Assembly (NCBI GenBank): GCA_019752635.1
Contig: JAIELX010000059.1
Location: 63,191 to 127,190, forward strand
Length of the DNA: 64,000 bases
Origin: Candidatus Obscuribacterales bacterium
GTDB lineage: Bacteria > Cyanobacteriota > Vampirovibrionia > Obscuribacterales > Obscuribacteraceae
Reading direction: 5' to 3'
Part shown: in pieces, positions 46,966 to 57,148 of the stretch
Position numbering within the stretch: position 1 is the first letter of the stretch
Layout: every line of letters starts with the position of its first letter
The notes under the pieces: generated by a model
What the model was told of the DNA's origin: nothing
Databases searched by the model: none
What the model saw: only the letters and a program-made list of their open reading frames with translations
Position numbers and translations under genes: made by a program

Positions 46966-47700
46966 CTACTTGGTGTCCACATCCCTTCTGTATGACTCGT
47001 CGTTGCGCACAGACTCTTTATTTCTATTTCGTTCGATTATCGTTCCGCCGTCGTTTCTGAAAACTTGCTCGTTACGAACTACCGGTTCGTTTCGACTAAT
47101 GTGCTCGCTAACGTAGCCGGGCCGCGACGGATGCTCCATCGCCCAATTGGGGTGGTAGAGAGCCGTGAACTCCTCACCATGGGGCTGTTCCACCAGGACT
47201 TCTACGGCTCCGGCTTCCTCCATTATCGCTTCTGCTTTGTAGCGCTCTTGAACCGAGTTAACTCGGGTCGAGATCAAGACACTGCCGGACAGCTGCTCGG
47301 TAGTTTGCACTTGAGCGGCATAACTTGGTGTATCGAAGTGCATGACTGCGCCGGTCAGGAAACCGATATAGGACCCGGCTGCCGCCCCGGCTATCATTGC
47401 CAGTAGTGGCACTATGCTGAGGAAGAACTCGAATCCCGGAATGTACATAACGGCGATCCATGTTGAGATCGCGCCAATCACTGCGCCGGCAACCGACGCC
47501 CAGATTACGAACATATCGGGGCGGCCGCTAAGCAGCGGATATGAAATCTGGCGCATGTTTTCCGTATCGCCGCCGAGAACCATTAGGTTTTCTCGCTGGA
47601 AACCGGCACTGAGAAGTCGTTTTACTGCCTCTTCGGCATAGGCATTGTTAAAGTACACCCCTGTAACTACTTTGGGCGAAATCGTGGTTTTACGTGGCAT
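46966..47700 (-). CDS. General-stress-type two-TM membrane protein
   Basis: VTGVYFNNAYAEEAVKRLLSAGF, Gly-zipper TMs, GSVLIS..AEAIMEEAGA. ATG at 47700 follows AGGAGTGAGG. Confidence 0.75.
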   Translation of the reverse strand: MPRKTTISPKVVTGVYFNNAYAEEAVKRLLSAGFQRENLMVLGGDTENMRQISYPLLSGRPDMFVIWASVAGAVIGAISTWIAVMYIPGFEFFLSIVPLLAMIAGAAAGSYIGFLTGAVMHFDTPSYAAQVQTTEQLSGSVLISTRVNSVQERYKAEAIMEEAGAVEVLVEQPHGEEFTALYHPNWAMEHPSRPGYVSEHISRNEPVVRNEQVFRNDGGTIIERNRNKESVRNDESYRRDVDTK

Positions 47701-47972
47701 GGTGTTCACCTCACTCCTAGATGACGTACTCGTCATCTGATACCGGCTATTTGAAACGCTTTCTCTAGCTGTATTTCTTAAGATGCTTTCCATGTTTCCG
47801 GTGTTGCACTCAAGCTCATGTAAAAGCACCGTCTTCTGGTTGCGATAACTCGTACTGGCTCAGCTTTGAGGAATGTTGCACTGATGCCCTGATCGAAATT
47901 CTTGCAGCGTTATGGAAGTGGATTCAGTGGCGAGCTCTGTTTAATATACTTTTGTAATGCTGCGACTCAGCG

Positions 47973-50294
47973 GTGCCGAAATTTAGAATCCGCGAAGTAA
48001 GTGCTCAAGCTCATCAGCGGCAAATGGTCGTCAAGTCCGACCTCCTGCGGCTCTCGGCGGGAACTGCAGCGCCGGAGGTACGTCTGATTGTGAAGTTCAG
48101 GGCGGCGGCACTTGCAATGAAGCATATTCGGTTACTACTAAGCGGGCTGACCGCGGCCTACGGAGCGCTGGCGACTGTCGGTCGTCGGACCTGCAAGAGC
48201 ACTGTTCAACGCTTCGGCAGGGCGTCGACTTTTCGAGCCGGGTTACGACACGCCCTTATCTTACTAGGCGTCAGTGCGGCGACGTTCTCGGCGGGGCTAG
48301 CGCTGTGGTGTCTGTGGCTTTGTTCCACATTGCCTCCAGCAGAGCTGGAAATCGGAGTTGCCATCTACGACCGCAACGAGCACCTGGTTTGCCGTGCCTA
48401 TGATGATGAGCGCCTTGTCGAGCCTGTGCCCCTCAAGAGTGTCTCTAAGTGGGTCGCAAAAGCGGTTATAGCTAGTGAAGATAAGACATTTCTTGACCAT
48501 CATGGTGTGAGCGCTCCGGGAATGATGCGTGCGTTGGTGGCGAACGTATCCGAGCGGAAGGTCGTGCAGGGCGGGTCAACCATTACGCAGCAACTTGCGA
48601 AAAATCTGTATTTCTCCGGCGAAGGGAGGCGCTTTTCCCGCAAGATTAAGGACGCGGCGATGGCGATTAGTCTTGAGCGCAAATATTCGAAGGACCAAAT
48701 CCTTGAGGCCTACCTCAATACCACCTACTTCGGCACGGGCGCTTATGGGATTGAGCGCGCCGCCAGAACTTATTTCGGGAAAACATCCGGAAATCTAACT
48801 CTATCAGAGTCGGCTTATCTGGCCGGTTTGATCAACGCTCCGTCTAAACTCAGCAAAAAAGCTAACTTCGACGATGCGATTGGGCGTCGAAATCGCTTGC
48901 TCAAGGAGATGAAGGAGAGTGGAGTCATTACCGAAAAGGAGGCTGCTAATGCCCTAAAGCATAAGCCGACGTTTCAGGGCGGGATGTACGTGCCACCATC
49001 TTCATTCTACGTCAATGAAGTCTTGAAGACCTTGAGGGAGCCATTCGGTCGCGATGAAATGTACAGCAAGGGACTTCACGTCTTCACGTTCATGGATAGC
49101 GCCGCTCAAAAATTGGCGACCGCAAAATTAGCATATGGTATCAAGCATGCACCGCCCGGGGTGCGCGAAGGAGCACTGGTATCGGTGTCTGTTGCTGACG
49201 GTGGTGTTCTGAGTATCGTGGGCGGAGTCGACGGTCGTCGCAGTCAATGGAATCGCGCCTTGTCTCCACACATGGCGGGCTCGGCGTTTAAGCCGTTTGT
49301 GTATCTTGCCGGTCTTAATACCGGTAAGCTCGGACCGGATTCTCTTTTGTTGGACGCTCCATTCAATCCGTCCGATCCCAGCGGAGGCAATTACAATCCG
49401 CAAAACTATGACGGGCATTACCTTGGTTGGATCAGTACCCGCAAAGCCATTGCGCTGTCGCGGAACACTTGCGCGGTTCGTGTCGCTCAAGCCGTTTCGC
49501 CGCACGAAGTGATTCGCACTGCTAGAAAAGCAGGCATCAAGTCTCGTATGGATGCTACTCCCTCAATTGCATTGGGCTCTTGCAGCGTAAGTCCGCTGGA
49601 AATTGCTACCGCATACGCAACACTTGCTCGCGGTGGTGAAGCAATCGAGCCTCGCTTGATAAAACGTGTGGAAGATCGTGATAAAAAAGTCCTTCGCACT
49701 TATGATGCTGAGTCTGTTCGTGTATTCGATCCTGAGCCGGTAGCGGCGTTGGTTGACGCGCTTCAGGATGTGGTCGAAACGGGAACCGGTACTCGTGCGC
49801 GGTTAGCGAATCGGCCTGCCGCCGGCAAGACCGGAACGTCTGATGGTCCAACCGACATTTGGTTCGTCGGATTCACAACCGATGTTGTAACCGCGGTTTG
49901 GGGCGGCAACGACGAGTTTAAGCCGATCGCAGGTTCGCATGTTACCGGCGGCACAGTCATGGCGAAGATCTGGCAGAATTACATGGCTTCGTACTACAGG
50001 GCGCACCCGACGCCGGTCACAGCATTTGCTCGTCCGCTTAATCCTCTGGTTCAAGATGATTCGGCACCGAGCTTCTACGAGGTTGCACCACCCATAATCG
50101 GTGAATTGATGGACTTGATGGGGCGTTCCATTGTTCGTGAGTACGGGCATGGCGATTATCACGACGAAGAAGACGATGCGGCTGTTGAGGGCGAACATGG
50201 CGACGAAGGCGTTCGCGTAGATGAGCGCCAGTCCAAGGTTGCTCAGAAACCTAAACTCTTTCGCCGCATTGTGAACTTCGTTAAGTCACTCTAG
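47973..50294 (+). CDS. Class A penicillin-binding protein (PBP1A family)
   Basis: Transglycosylase SEDKTFLDHHG, QGGSTITQQLAKN, ILEAYLN. Transpeptidase SAFK, SRN, KTG. The start is uncertain. Confidence 0.95.
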   Translation: MPKFRIREVSAQAHQRQMVVKSDLLRLSAGTAAPEVRLIVKFRAAALAMKHIRLLLSGLTAAYGALATVGRRTCKSTVQRFGRASTFRAGLRHALILLGVSAATFSAGLALWCLWLCSTLPPAELEIGVAIYDRNEHLVCRAYDDERLVEPVPLKSVSKWVAKAVIASEDKTFLDHHGVSAPGMMRALVANVSERKVVQGGSTITQQLAKNLYFSGEGRRFSRKIKDAAMAISLERKYSKDQILEAYLNTTYFGTGAYGIERAARTYFGKTSGNLTLSESAYLAGLINAPSKLSKKANFDDAIGRRNRLLKEMKESGVITEKEAANALKHKPTFQGGMYVPPSSFYVNEVLKTLREPFGRDEMYSKGLHVFTFMDSAAQKLATAKLAYGIKHAPPGVREGALVSVSVADGGVLSIVGGVDGRRSQWNRALSPHMAGSAFKPFVYLAGLNTGKLGPDSLLLDAPFNPSDPSGGNYNPQNYDGHYLGWISTRKAIALSRNTCAVRVAQAVSPHEVIRTARKAGIKSRMDATPSIALGSCSVSPLEIATAYATLARGGEAIEPRLIKRVEDRDKKVLRTYDAESVRVFDPEPVAALVDALQDVVETGTGTRARLANRPAAGKTGTSDGPTDIWFVGFTTDVVTAVWGGNDEFKPIAGSHVTGGTVMAKIWQNYMASYYRAHPTPVTAFARPLNPLVQDDSAPSFYEVAPPIIGELMDLMGRSIVREYGHGDYHDEEDDAAVEGEHGDEGVRVDERQSKVAQKPKLFRRIVNFVKSL

Positions 50295-50400
50295 GTTTAC
50301 GGAACGCTTCGACATACTATGGAGTTTCGAAGTCTCCTTCTGATTCTTGGTAAAATGCATCTGTCGCAGGACTGATTGACAAGAATGACTGGAGGTTGTC

Positions 50401-50904
50401 TTGAAGCGTCTTAAATCTGTCGCCATGGCAGCCTGCCTTTCTGTTGCGTGGGGAAGTTTGTCGACATCTGCCGAACCTCAGGCGTCCGCCACTTTTGCGC
50501 AAGGCGCAGCGAGTCCATTAATTGTTGTAGCCACATACAAAGCTTTTTCCGCTCCTGTAAAAGACGCCACCTCAGCGAATATTTACTTCGACGGCATATG
50601 GACAACATATCGAGTAGAGAGGCTACTTAGGAGCGACAATAGAACAAAGACCGGCGACATATTATCTGTAAACCATCAGTTTCATGATGGATCTGCATGT
50701 GAGGCGCCGGACGAGTTTACGTTCTCGGAAAAATTATTGCCGTCGCCCGGCTCAAGCTGGATTCTCTTGCTTGAGCCGACTAAGCCCGGGGGCGCCCAGT
50801 ACCGGACCTACCGGGGTACCTTTGGTCGCCTGGTCAACAATGAACAAAATTTGGAAAAAGTTCGAAGAGCAATGAGCGCGGTTGGCAACGCTCGTGAAAA
50901 GTAA
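50401..50904 (+). CDS. Secreted hypothetical protein
   Basis: GGAGG RBS before TTG, signal peptide. Confidence 0.7.
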   Translation: MKRLKSVAMAACLSVAWGSLSTSAEPQASATFAQGAASPLIVVATYKAFSAPVKDATSANIYFDGIWTTYRVERLLRSDNRTKTGDILSVNHQFHDGSACEAPDEFTFSEKLLPSPGSSWILLLEPTKPGGAQYRTYRGTFGRLVNNEQNLEKVRRAMSAVGNAREK

Positions 50905-52723
50905 AGTAGGCAAAGCGCAGATCCCTTCGCTGCTTTCTTCGTCCGATAGTCGCAGCCGGCGTCTACGCACTGGGGCTCTGGGACTCACTCATGAATCGTG
51001 CCGCCCTTCGGATCCTCGTCCGGGCGATGTCGTAGAGATTCACGTTTTAGCGGGAGTGAACGAAGATGTTGCATCGCTGCGATTGCGCTACACCGTAGAT
51101 GGTGGCGATCCTCTGCAGCAATCAGACCGGGTCATTGAAGTGGATATGCCATCAATGGAGGTGTCTTGGGATACTTCGATGTGGGGGTATTGCGAGTCTT
51201 TCCGCGGGGTGATACCGGGGCAGACCGAAGGTACTCTGGTGCGCTATGTGATTGTGGCACAAAGAACAGACGGGGCGGAGGTCTTTGTACCGGTCCTCAA
51301 CCGCAGTGACCCTGCGTTTGCCCGCGTTAACGATGCGGTTGACCACGCCAGGATTTATCACACTTACCGTCGTGGTGAACCGATGGTTCATCAGTATTAT
51401 GTGGATAAGCTGACAATTCCCGACTGGCTTCATGACGCCATCATCTACCAGATCGTGCCTGATCGGTTCGCTACGACAAATGGTGGTTCCGTCAAAGTTA
51501 ACAGAATCGACGGATTGGGCAATGGAACTCTGCGCGGGCTGATCGGCGAGCTGGACTACATCACCGATCTTGGTGCCAATTGCTTATGGTTGACTCCGAT
51601 TTCTCCGAGTCCTTCTCACCATGGTTATGATTGCACCGATTTTGGTGCCATTGAACCTCGTTTGGGAACCGAGCAGGATTGGGATGACCTTGTAGCTGGC
51701 TGCAAGCAGAGAAATATTCGAATACTGTTGGATCTGGCTGCTAATCACGTTTCCAATCAGCACCCCCTTTTTCGGGAGGCTGTAGCCGATGAAAATTCAC
51801 CATATCGAAAGTGGTTCCGATTTACAAATTGGCCTGATTACTACGATTCCTATGCGATGTTGTCTACATTTCCAATTCTGGAAACTGAAAACGAAGAAGT
51901 GCGAAGTCATATTATCGACCATTGTTGCCGTTGGCTGAAACGAGGCTGTGACGGGTTTCGGCTTGACCACGCTCACGGATTGTCTCATGCGTTCTGGTCG
52001 GAGTTTCGCAAGCATACTCGATCTGTCGCACCGGAGTCGGTGCTCGTCGGAGAAGTGTCCCATCCACCGGACGGACTACTTTCATTTGAAGGACGAATGG
52101 ATGGTGTTCTGGACTTTCGCCTTTGCGAGCTGTTTCGACTGCTCCTGGTTGACAGCAGCATCACTCCGTCCGAATTTGATCGTCAGGTGAGTCGCCACCT
52201 TCGTTATCTTGAAGGGCGCATGGTCAATCCATCTTTCTTCGATAATCATGATATGAACCGGCTTCTTTTCATAGTCGGCGGCGACATGCGAAAGGTGAAA
52301 TTAGCCGCTCTTTTGCAGTTCACCTTACCCGGACCGCCCATAATCTATTACGGTAATGAAATCGGACTCAGCCAGCAGAAGGGGGTCGGTCGCCTGGAGG
52401 AGGCGAGGCTTCCTTTCCCGCGTGATGCGATTAACATCGAGATGCTTCAGTACTACAAGGATCTTGTTGCTCTCCGAAAATCGGGTCTGCGAATCTGGCA
52501 ACAAGAGCGGAAGCTGGTTCAAGCTGACGAGGCCGTATACGCATGTCTGGTCGGCGATCGGTTTATGGTTGCAATAAACAATAGTGGGACGCAGCAGTTT
52601 GTTGTTGTTCCTATGGCGCAATCCGGCGCAGTTGTTTTGTGCACGCAGACCGGTGTTGAACTTTGCGGCGATGCATTGAAATTGCCCGCCTACTGTGGGG
52701 CGGTATTAAAATTTGGTGCTTAG
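50882..52723 (+). CDS. GH13 alpha-amylase family (neopullulanase/cyclomaltodextrinase-like)
   Basis: IYQIVPDRF, HHGYD, DLAANH, DGFRLD, VGEV, FDNHD, IYYGNEIG. Confidence 0.92.
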   Translation: MATLVKSKVGKAQIPSLLSSSDSRSRRLRTGALGLTHESCRPSDPRPGDVVEIHVLAGVNEDVASLRLRYTVDGGDPLQQSDRVIEVDMPSMEVSWDTSMWGYCESFRGVIPGQTEGTLVRYVIVAQRTDGAEVFVPVLNRSDPAFARVNDAVDHARIYHTYRRGEPMVHQYYVDKLTIPDWLHDAIIYQIVPDRFATTNGGSVKVNRIDGLGNGTLRGLIGELDYITDLGANCLWLTPISPSPSHHGYDCTDFGAIEPRLGTEQDWDDLVAGCKQRNIRILLDLAANHVSNQHPLFREAVADENSPYRKWFRFTNWPDYYDSYAMLSTFPILETENEEVRSHIIDHCCRWLKRGCDGFRLDHAHGLSHAFWSEFRKHTRSVAPESVLVGEVSHPPDGLLSFEGRMDGVLDFRLCELFRLLLVDSSITPSEFDRQVSRHLRYLEGRMVNPSFFDNHDMNRLLFIVGGDMRKVKLAALLQFTLPGPPIIYYGNEIGLSQQKGVGRLEEARLPFPRDAINIEMLQYYKDLVALRKSGLRIWQQERKLVQADEAVYACLVGDRFMVAINNSGTQQFVVVPMAQSGAVVLCTQTGVELCGDALKLPAYCGAVLKFGA

Positions 52724-52835
52724 TTCGTAGTGCTCCCATATTACTGAACGTGTTGCCCCCCGGTTTTGCCCATAAGTCGTGTCCAGCCAGAGACTGTCAA
52801 GTGTATAGTCGGTTATGCCGCCTAGAGGACACTTC

Positions 52836-54152
52836 ATGCCTGAGATTCATGCGCTCAAGACCGACCAACCTTTAGCCTTGCCGGGCGAACCGCAGCCTTC
52901 GGTTGATGATGTTACTCGTCGCCTCTACGAGGCTGCGCAACCCTCTATTGTGAAAGTTGAAACCACAAAGGACGGTGGCGTCGGAGTAGGCACCGGGTTT
53001 GCCGTTACTCGACCTGGCTTGATTGCCACTGATTATCATTGCGTGGCTGGTGCTAAAGAAATCAAAGTTCGCCTTCCGAACGGCGATTTTCATCGAGCGC
53101 GCATTAAAGATATCGACGATATCAACGATCTGGCCATTCTCGAACTTGAAGGTACTCCGCCTCCATCGCTGAAACCTTTGCCGTTGGGCGATTCGAGCAA
53201 GATCGCGCCGGATACTCGGATCACCGCATTGGGGCACCCGGAAGGATTGTCTCCGGTTTATGTCTCTCCCGGATATCATGTAACCGATGTGAGATTTGGC
53301 AACAAGCTTTTCGGAAATTTGTTCGGAGTTACACCGGAGAACTATTTGGCAAAGGATACTCTCACGCCTAAGGATCGGGAGGATGCCAAAGCTGTAATCG
53401 AGCGCCAGCTGATGTATACGCGGGTTCACATCAGACCGGGCAATTCAGGCGGACCGCTGCTCAACAACGAAGGTAAGGTTGTCGGTATATGCGATATCAC
53501 TGCTGACCCGGAGAAATTCTCTCATTCCCTGTTTACGCCAGTTTCGGATCTAAACAAGCTACTTAACCGTGAAAAACCCAAGTTTCAGGCGTCGTACGCG
53601 TACACCGGCGAAGCATGGACGGACTCGTACAGAGGGGCCTTGACCAATTCTCCCGTCTTTACCGCTACCGGGACTGGTTTGCTTGCGGGGGGCGCTTACC
53701 TGGGACTGGCTAGAAGCTCTTACGCCCGCGCTGCGGGTGTCTGGGGCGGAGCCGCTTACGGCGCGTTATCGCTTCCGGAGGATGCTCAGGAATTGTGCAA
53801 TTCGACCAATACTCGCGATAAGTTGAAATACGGCACTGCCAGTTTAGGTGACTTGTCGATGCTCACCGGGGGCGCAATGAGGTTAGGCGCCAGACCTCTT
53901 GAATCGCTCATGATGCGCTCTGCTGCGCAAGAAGGTTCTTTACTTAGCTCCCTGGCGCTTCGTGGAGCCGAAAGTACGCTGGTTAAATCTACTTTGAGCA
54001 AAGCCGGCAGAGTCGGAGTGGCGCTGTTGGCTGTTGGCGCAGCGGTCAAGATTGGCAGCGATTTCATTCCGAATCGCCTGGTTCAAACAGATCTTTCGCG
54101 CACGGATACCAATGATATCCGTCCGCCTTTCCCGCTTTACGGTCGCCACTGA
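52836..54152 (+). CDS. Trypsin-like serine protease with C-terminal Gly/Ala-rich hydrophobic helices
   Basis: GTGF, TDYHCV, DLAIL, PGNSGGPL. No PDZ domain and no signal peptide. Confidence 0.85.
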   Translation: MPEIHALKTDQPLALPGEPQPSVDDVTRRLYEAAQPSIVKVETTKDGGVGVGTGFAVTRPGLIATDYHCVAGAKEIKVRLPNGDFHRARIKDIDDINDLAILELEGTPPPSLKPLPLGDSSKIAPDTRITALGHPEGLSPVYVSPGYHVTDVRFGNKLFGNLFGVTPENYLAKDTLTPKDREDAKAVIERQLMYTRVHIRPGNSGGPLLNNEGKVVGICDITADPEKFSHSLFTPVSDLNKLLNREKPKFQASYAYTGEAWTDSYRGALTNSPVFTATGTGLLAGGAYLGLARSSYARAAGVWGGAAYGALSLPEDAQELCNSTNTRDKLKYGTASLGDLSMLTGGAMRLGARPLESLMMRSAAQEGSLLSSLALRGAESTLVKSTLSKAGRVGVALLAVGAAVKIGSDFIPNRLVQTDLSRTDTNDIRPPFPLYGRH

Positions 54153-54156
54153 GCTC

Positions 54157-55563
54157 TTAAGCTGAGCGCACCTGCAACTTGCCGTCATCAATCGCTTTGA
54201 GCAAGTGTTGGTGATCCAGGGCGGTCTGATTTGCATATGAACGGGAAAATTCGGCAATTGCTTCGTCGAACGTTTCGCCGTTCTCCAGATAGGCGCCGAT
54301 AACGGCCGCATCACCGGAACGTGCGTGTGCCCGCGCCAGTACGCTCCCTGTCAGTTCAGCAAACGCAATCAGTTGTTTCCCGTCCCAGGTCTCAGGCTCA
54401 AGTTTGATCTTCATGTCCCGCAAGTGGCGCACGTAGAAATGCTTCTCGTTTTCGAGGTCTGTCCAGCCGAGAAAAATGTCGCTGGCGGATTGCATGATGC
54501 GTTGTCCCGCTGCCACCCGCTGACCGCTGTTATCGTATGTGCTTTTGCCTGCGTAGGGCTCCAAAACGGATTGCCTTGCTTCCTTTAGTTGAAGGAATAG
54601 TGGTTCTGCATCCGGTGCCAGTAAAAGTGCCACCATACACATTGTACCGACGCTACCTACGCCTACGACTTTGATCGCGACGTCCGCCAGCTGATAACGG
54701 TCCACCAATCGCTGGCGATCATCTTGCAGGCTATTCTTGTATATTTTAAGCGCTTCAGACACCTGGTCGAACAGCGAGCGCCCTGCGGTGGGCTCCGGGT
54801 GATAGATGAGCGGCGGCTTGTCCTTGATCAAGTGCCGGCCATCCACTTCTTCGGTCAGCTTCGGGAAGTAGTATTGGTCATCCCTCTTTAATGCTTGTTT
54901 GAGACCTTCCTTCAGCTTTCGCTGCAGGTCTACATCGCGAGTATTCTGAATGAACTGTTCCCACTCGATGGTTTCATACCAAATGTCGAGAATGCTCTTC
55001 CTTGCATACTCGGTCATTTTCTTGCGGTATGCGCGCGACACGGCTTGCGCTGCCAGCAACGCTTGCTTGTCTCTGATCTGATTGTCTCGCGCTGCAAGAA
55101 CAAAGCTCGTCGCCAGGCGCTTCAAATCCCACTCCCAGGGGGCAGGGAGTGTTTCGTCGAAGTCGTTGATATCGAATACTATATGCCTTTCGGGAGTGGC
55201 GAATGCTCCGAAGTTCAGCAAGTGGCAGTCTCCGCACGCCTGAACTTTTGTGTTGGTGGTCGGCGTTGTGGAAAGGTCTGCCGCCATAACGGCGGATGAC
55301 CCTCTGAAAAACGTGAACGGCGACGCCATCATGCGAAAAAAGCGAATCGGTATCAGTTCCGGTAGCCGCCCCTCGTTGGTTTTCTTGAGGAACGGAATCA
55401 GATCTTCGCGGTCCGGCGAGATGGACCATTTGAAGTGGTTCGAATGCGGGTGCGCTGCTGCAAGCGCCTGCCCCCGCTGCCGCCTGTCATCCTTGGGAGA
55501 CAGCGTGTTGTCATGCAACTCTGCTGTCTCGGTGAAGGTGGAAATGGAAGGACCGTCACTCAT
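54157..55563 (-). CDS. DUF2252 family protein
   Basis: RMMASPFTFFRG, CGDCHLLNFG, FDINDFDE, WEWDLKRL, KVVGVGSVG, LARAHARSGD. Confidence 0.92.
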   Translation of the reverse strand: MSDGPSISTFTETAELHDNTLSPKDDRRQRGQALAAAHPHSNHFKWSISPDREDLIPFLKKTNEGRLPELIPIRFFRMMASPFTFFRGSSAVMAADLSTTPTTNTKVQACGDCHLLNFGAFATPERHIVFDINDFDETLPAPWEWDLKRLATSFVLAARDNQIRDKQALLAAQAVSRAYRKKMTEYARKSILDIWYETIEWEQFIQNTRDVDLQRKLKEGLKQALKRDDQYYFPKLTEEVDGRHLIKDKPPLIYHPEPTAGRSLFDQVSEALKIYKNSLQDDRQRLVDRYQLADVAIKVVGVGSVGTMCMVALLLAPDAEPLFLQLKEARQSVLEPYAGKSTYDNSGQRVAAGQRIMQSASDIFLGWTDLENEKHFYVRHLRDMKIKLEPETWDGKQLIAFAELTGSVLARAHARSGDAAVIGAYLENGETFDEAIAEFSRSYANQTALDHQHLLKAIDDGKLQVRSA

Positions 55564-55739
55564 AGCTCACTCTCCGCTCCTGTCGCCCTGGTTCACTAAT
55601 TTTATTCCACACACAGCCCTCCTTTCTCCCCTTTATATGCATCAAAGGACAAGAGAAGGGGACTGATCAGCGATCAGCCAGAGACGCGACGAATCGCCGG
55701 GGAACCGGTAAATTCGGTGACGGGCCGCCGGGGGAGTCC

Positions 55740-56327
55740 CTAGAACGAGACGTTGCCGCCGATGCAGGAGCCGTAGGTCTGAAATCTGTTGTTGAAACCG
55801 CGTCCACGCGAGAGCGGGCTGAGGATGCTATCCATTCCGCCATTGGAAAGTACGCTGAACATCGTCGCTGCGCCCAATGCGCCCATCATCTGAGTCATCA
55901 GCCTCGGATTGCCGGGCGATGCCTGCTGCGCAGGGGGGGCTTGCTGTTGCTGCTGCGGCGGTTGTGCCCACTGTGCTTGCGCCTGTTGCACGGGAACATA
56001 ACCGTACTGAGCACCGATATTGCACTGTTGCTGAGGCTGAGCATAACTGGTCCGACCACCATAAGGTTGAGCCATGGCGTTCATCGGCGCCGCCTGTTGT
56101 GTGATCGGTGCTTGCATGGTCTGTACATAACCGGGGTTGACTTGCTGCATGGCGTAATGCGCGCTGCGGTCGGCCAGCCCGCCGGTGATGTCGATTTGAG
56201 CCATACCCTGCAACGGTTCTTCGCCCTGATAAGACTGGGCTGCTGCCGGCAGAGTGAACAGCCCGGACAAGATGGGGAGGAGGCAGAGAAGAAACAAGGC
56301 GGTACGCATCGAGAACACCACGATCAC
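55740..56327 (-). CDS. Secreted Gln-rich hypothetical protein
   Basis: Signal peptide ending PAAA, Q-rich low-complexity sequence. Confidence 0.7.
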   Translation of the reverse strand: MIVVFSMRTALFLLCLLPILSGLFTLPAAAQSYQGEEPLQGMAQIDITGGLADRSAHYAMQQVNPGYVQTMQAPITQQAAPMNAMAQPYGGRTSYAQPQQQCNIGAQYGYVPVQQAQAQWAQPPQQQQQAPPAQQASPGNPRLMTQMMGALGAATMFSVLSNGGMDSILSPLSRGRGFNNRFQTYGSCIGGNVSF

Positions 56328-56455
56328 TTAACGCATCGATCGTAGTGTCGCTCCGGGTTCAAGTCAATGGCGAAAAACCCCGAAAACGGGCTTTCCCTTG
56401 CGGTTTTTACGAACTTGACAAGCTTCTCGGGGGAATTGCTCTCAAATTCGTCCTA

Positions 56456-56959
56456 TCAGTCGATGGCGAGGATCGATTCGCGCAGCACGTTGCCTTTCTG
56501 CTCCGTCCATTCACCGGTTGCTCGGTAGGCTACTTGTCCCTGACGATCGAGCAAGAAAATGTGAATGGTATCGGCTGATGCGATACGCGCACTCTTCATG
56601 AACGCCGATTGATCCGTGTACACCGTGAATGTGTGCTCGGTGGTAATTTTCTTCACCCCGACGTGCTGTTGCACGATCTCATTGTCGATAATTCCGCGCA
56701 CGGGTGCGAGCATTGCCGGCATCGTCGGCAATTCGTAGAAGTGAGTTCCGGGGATTTCCCGTACCATGCGCTCCAGATGAGGGAGCCATGACTCGACCAT
56801 GGGCATGTGATTGCGTTTGAGCGCAACTACCAGGACCGTTGCCCTGTTGTTGTCTAAATCGTTCGGTATCTTGAGCTCGAGCCCGTTCAGATTTCTTGCT
56901 TTGAGTTCCGGAAAACCTGAGCAGGCAAGCGGTTGTTGGATTTTATATGGTGCAGACAT
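56456..56959 (-). CDS. Thioredoxin-fold, ATP10-like protein lacking CxxC
   Basis: FPELKARNLNG..IP, VESW, FYELP, IFLLDRQGQV...G. Confidence 0.7.
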   Translation of the reverse strand: MSAPYKIQQPLACSGFPELKARNLNGLELKIPNDLDNNRATVLVVALKRNHMPMVESWLPHLERMVREIPGTHFYELPTMPAMLAPVRGIIDNEIVQQHVGVKKITTEHTFTVYTDQSAFMKSARIASADTIHIFLLDRQGQVAYRATGEWTEQKGNVLRESILAID

Positions 56960-57148
56960 GTACTACTTATGTTCAGTTGGTGTCGTGAACGGTCAACAAA
57001 ATTAGCCTTTCAAACAGCATCGCAGACGGAAGTGAACAGTGTATGAACGCTAACTGTCCGATACTGCCAACCTTAATCTCGTCTATACGAGTTCTCGGGT
57101 TTTCTGGACTCTCAACCGGACAATACCTCTTACGAACCAAAAGAAAAC

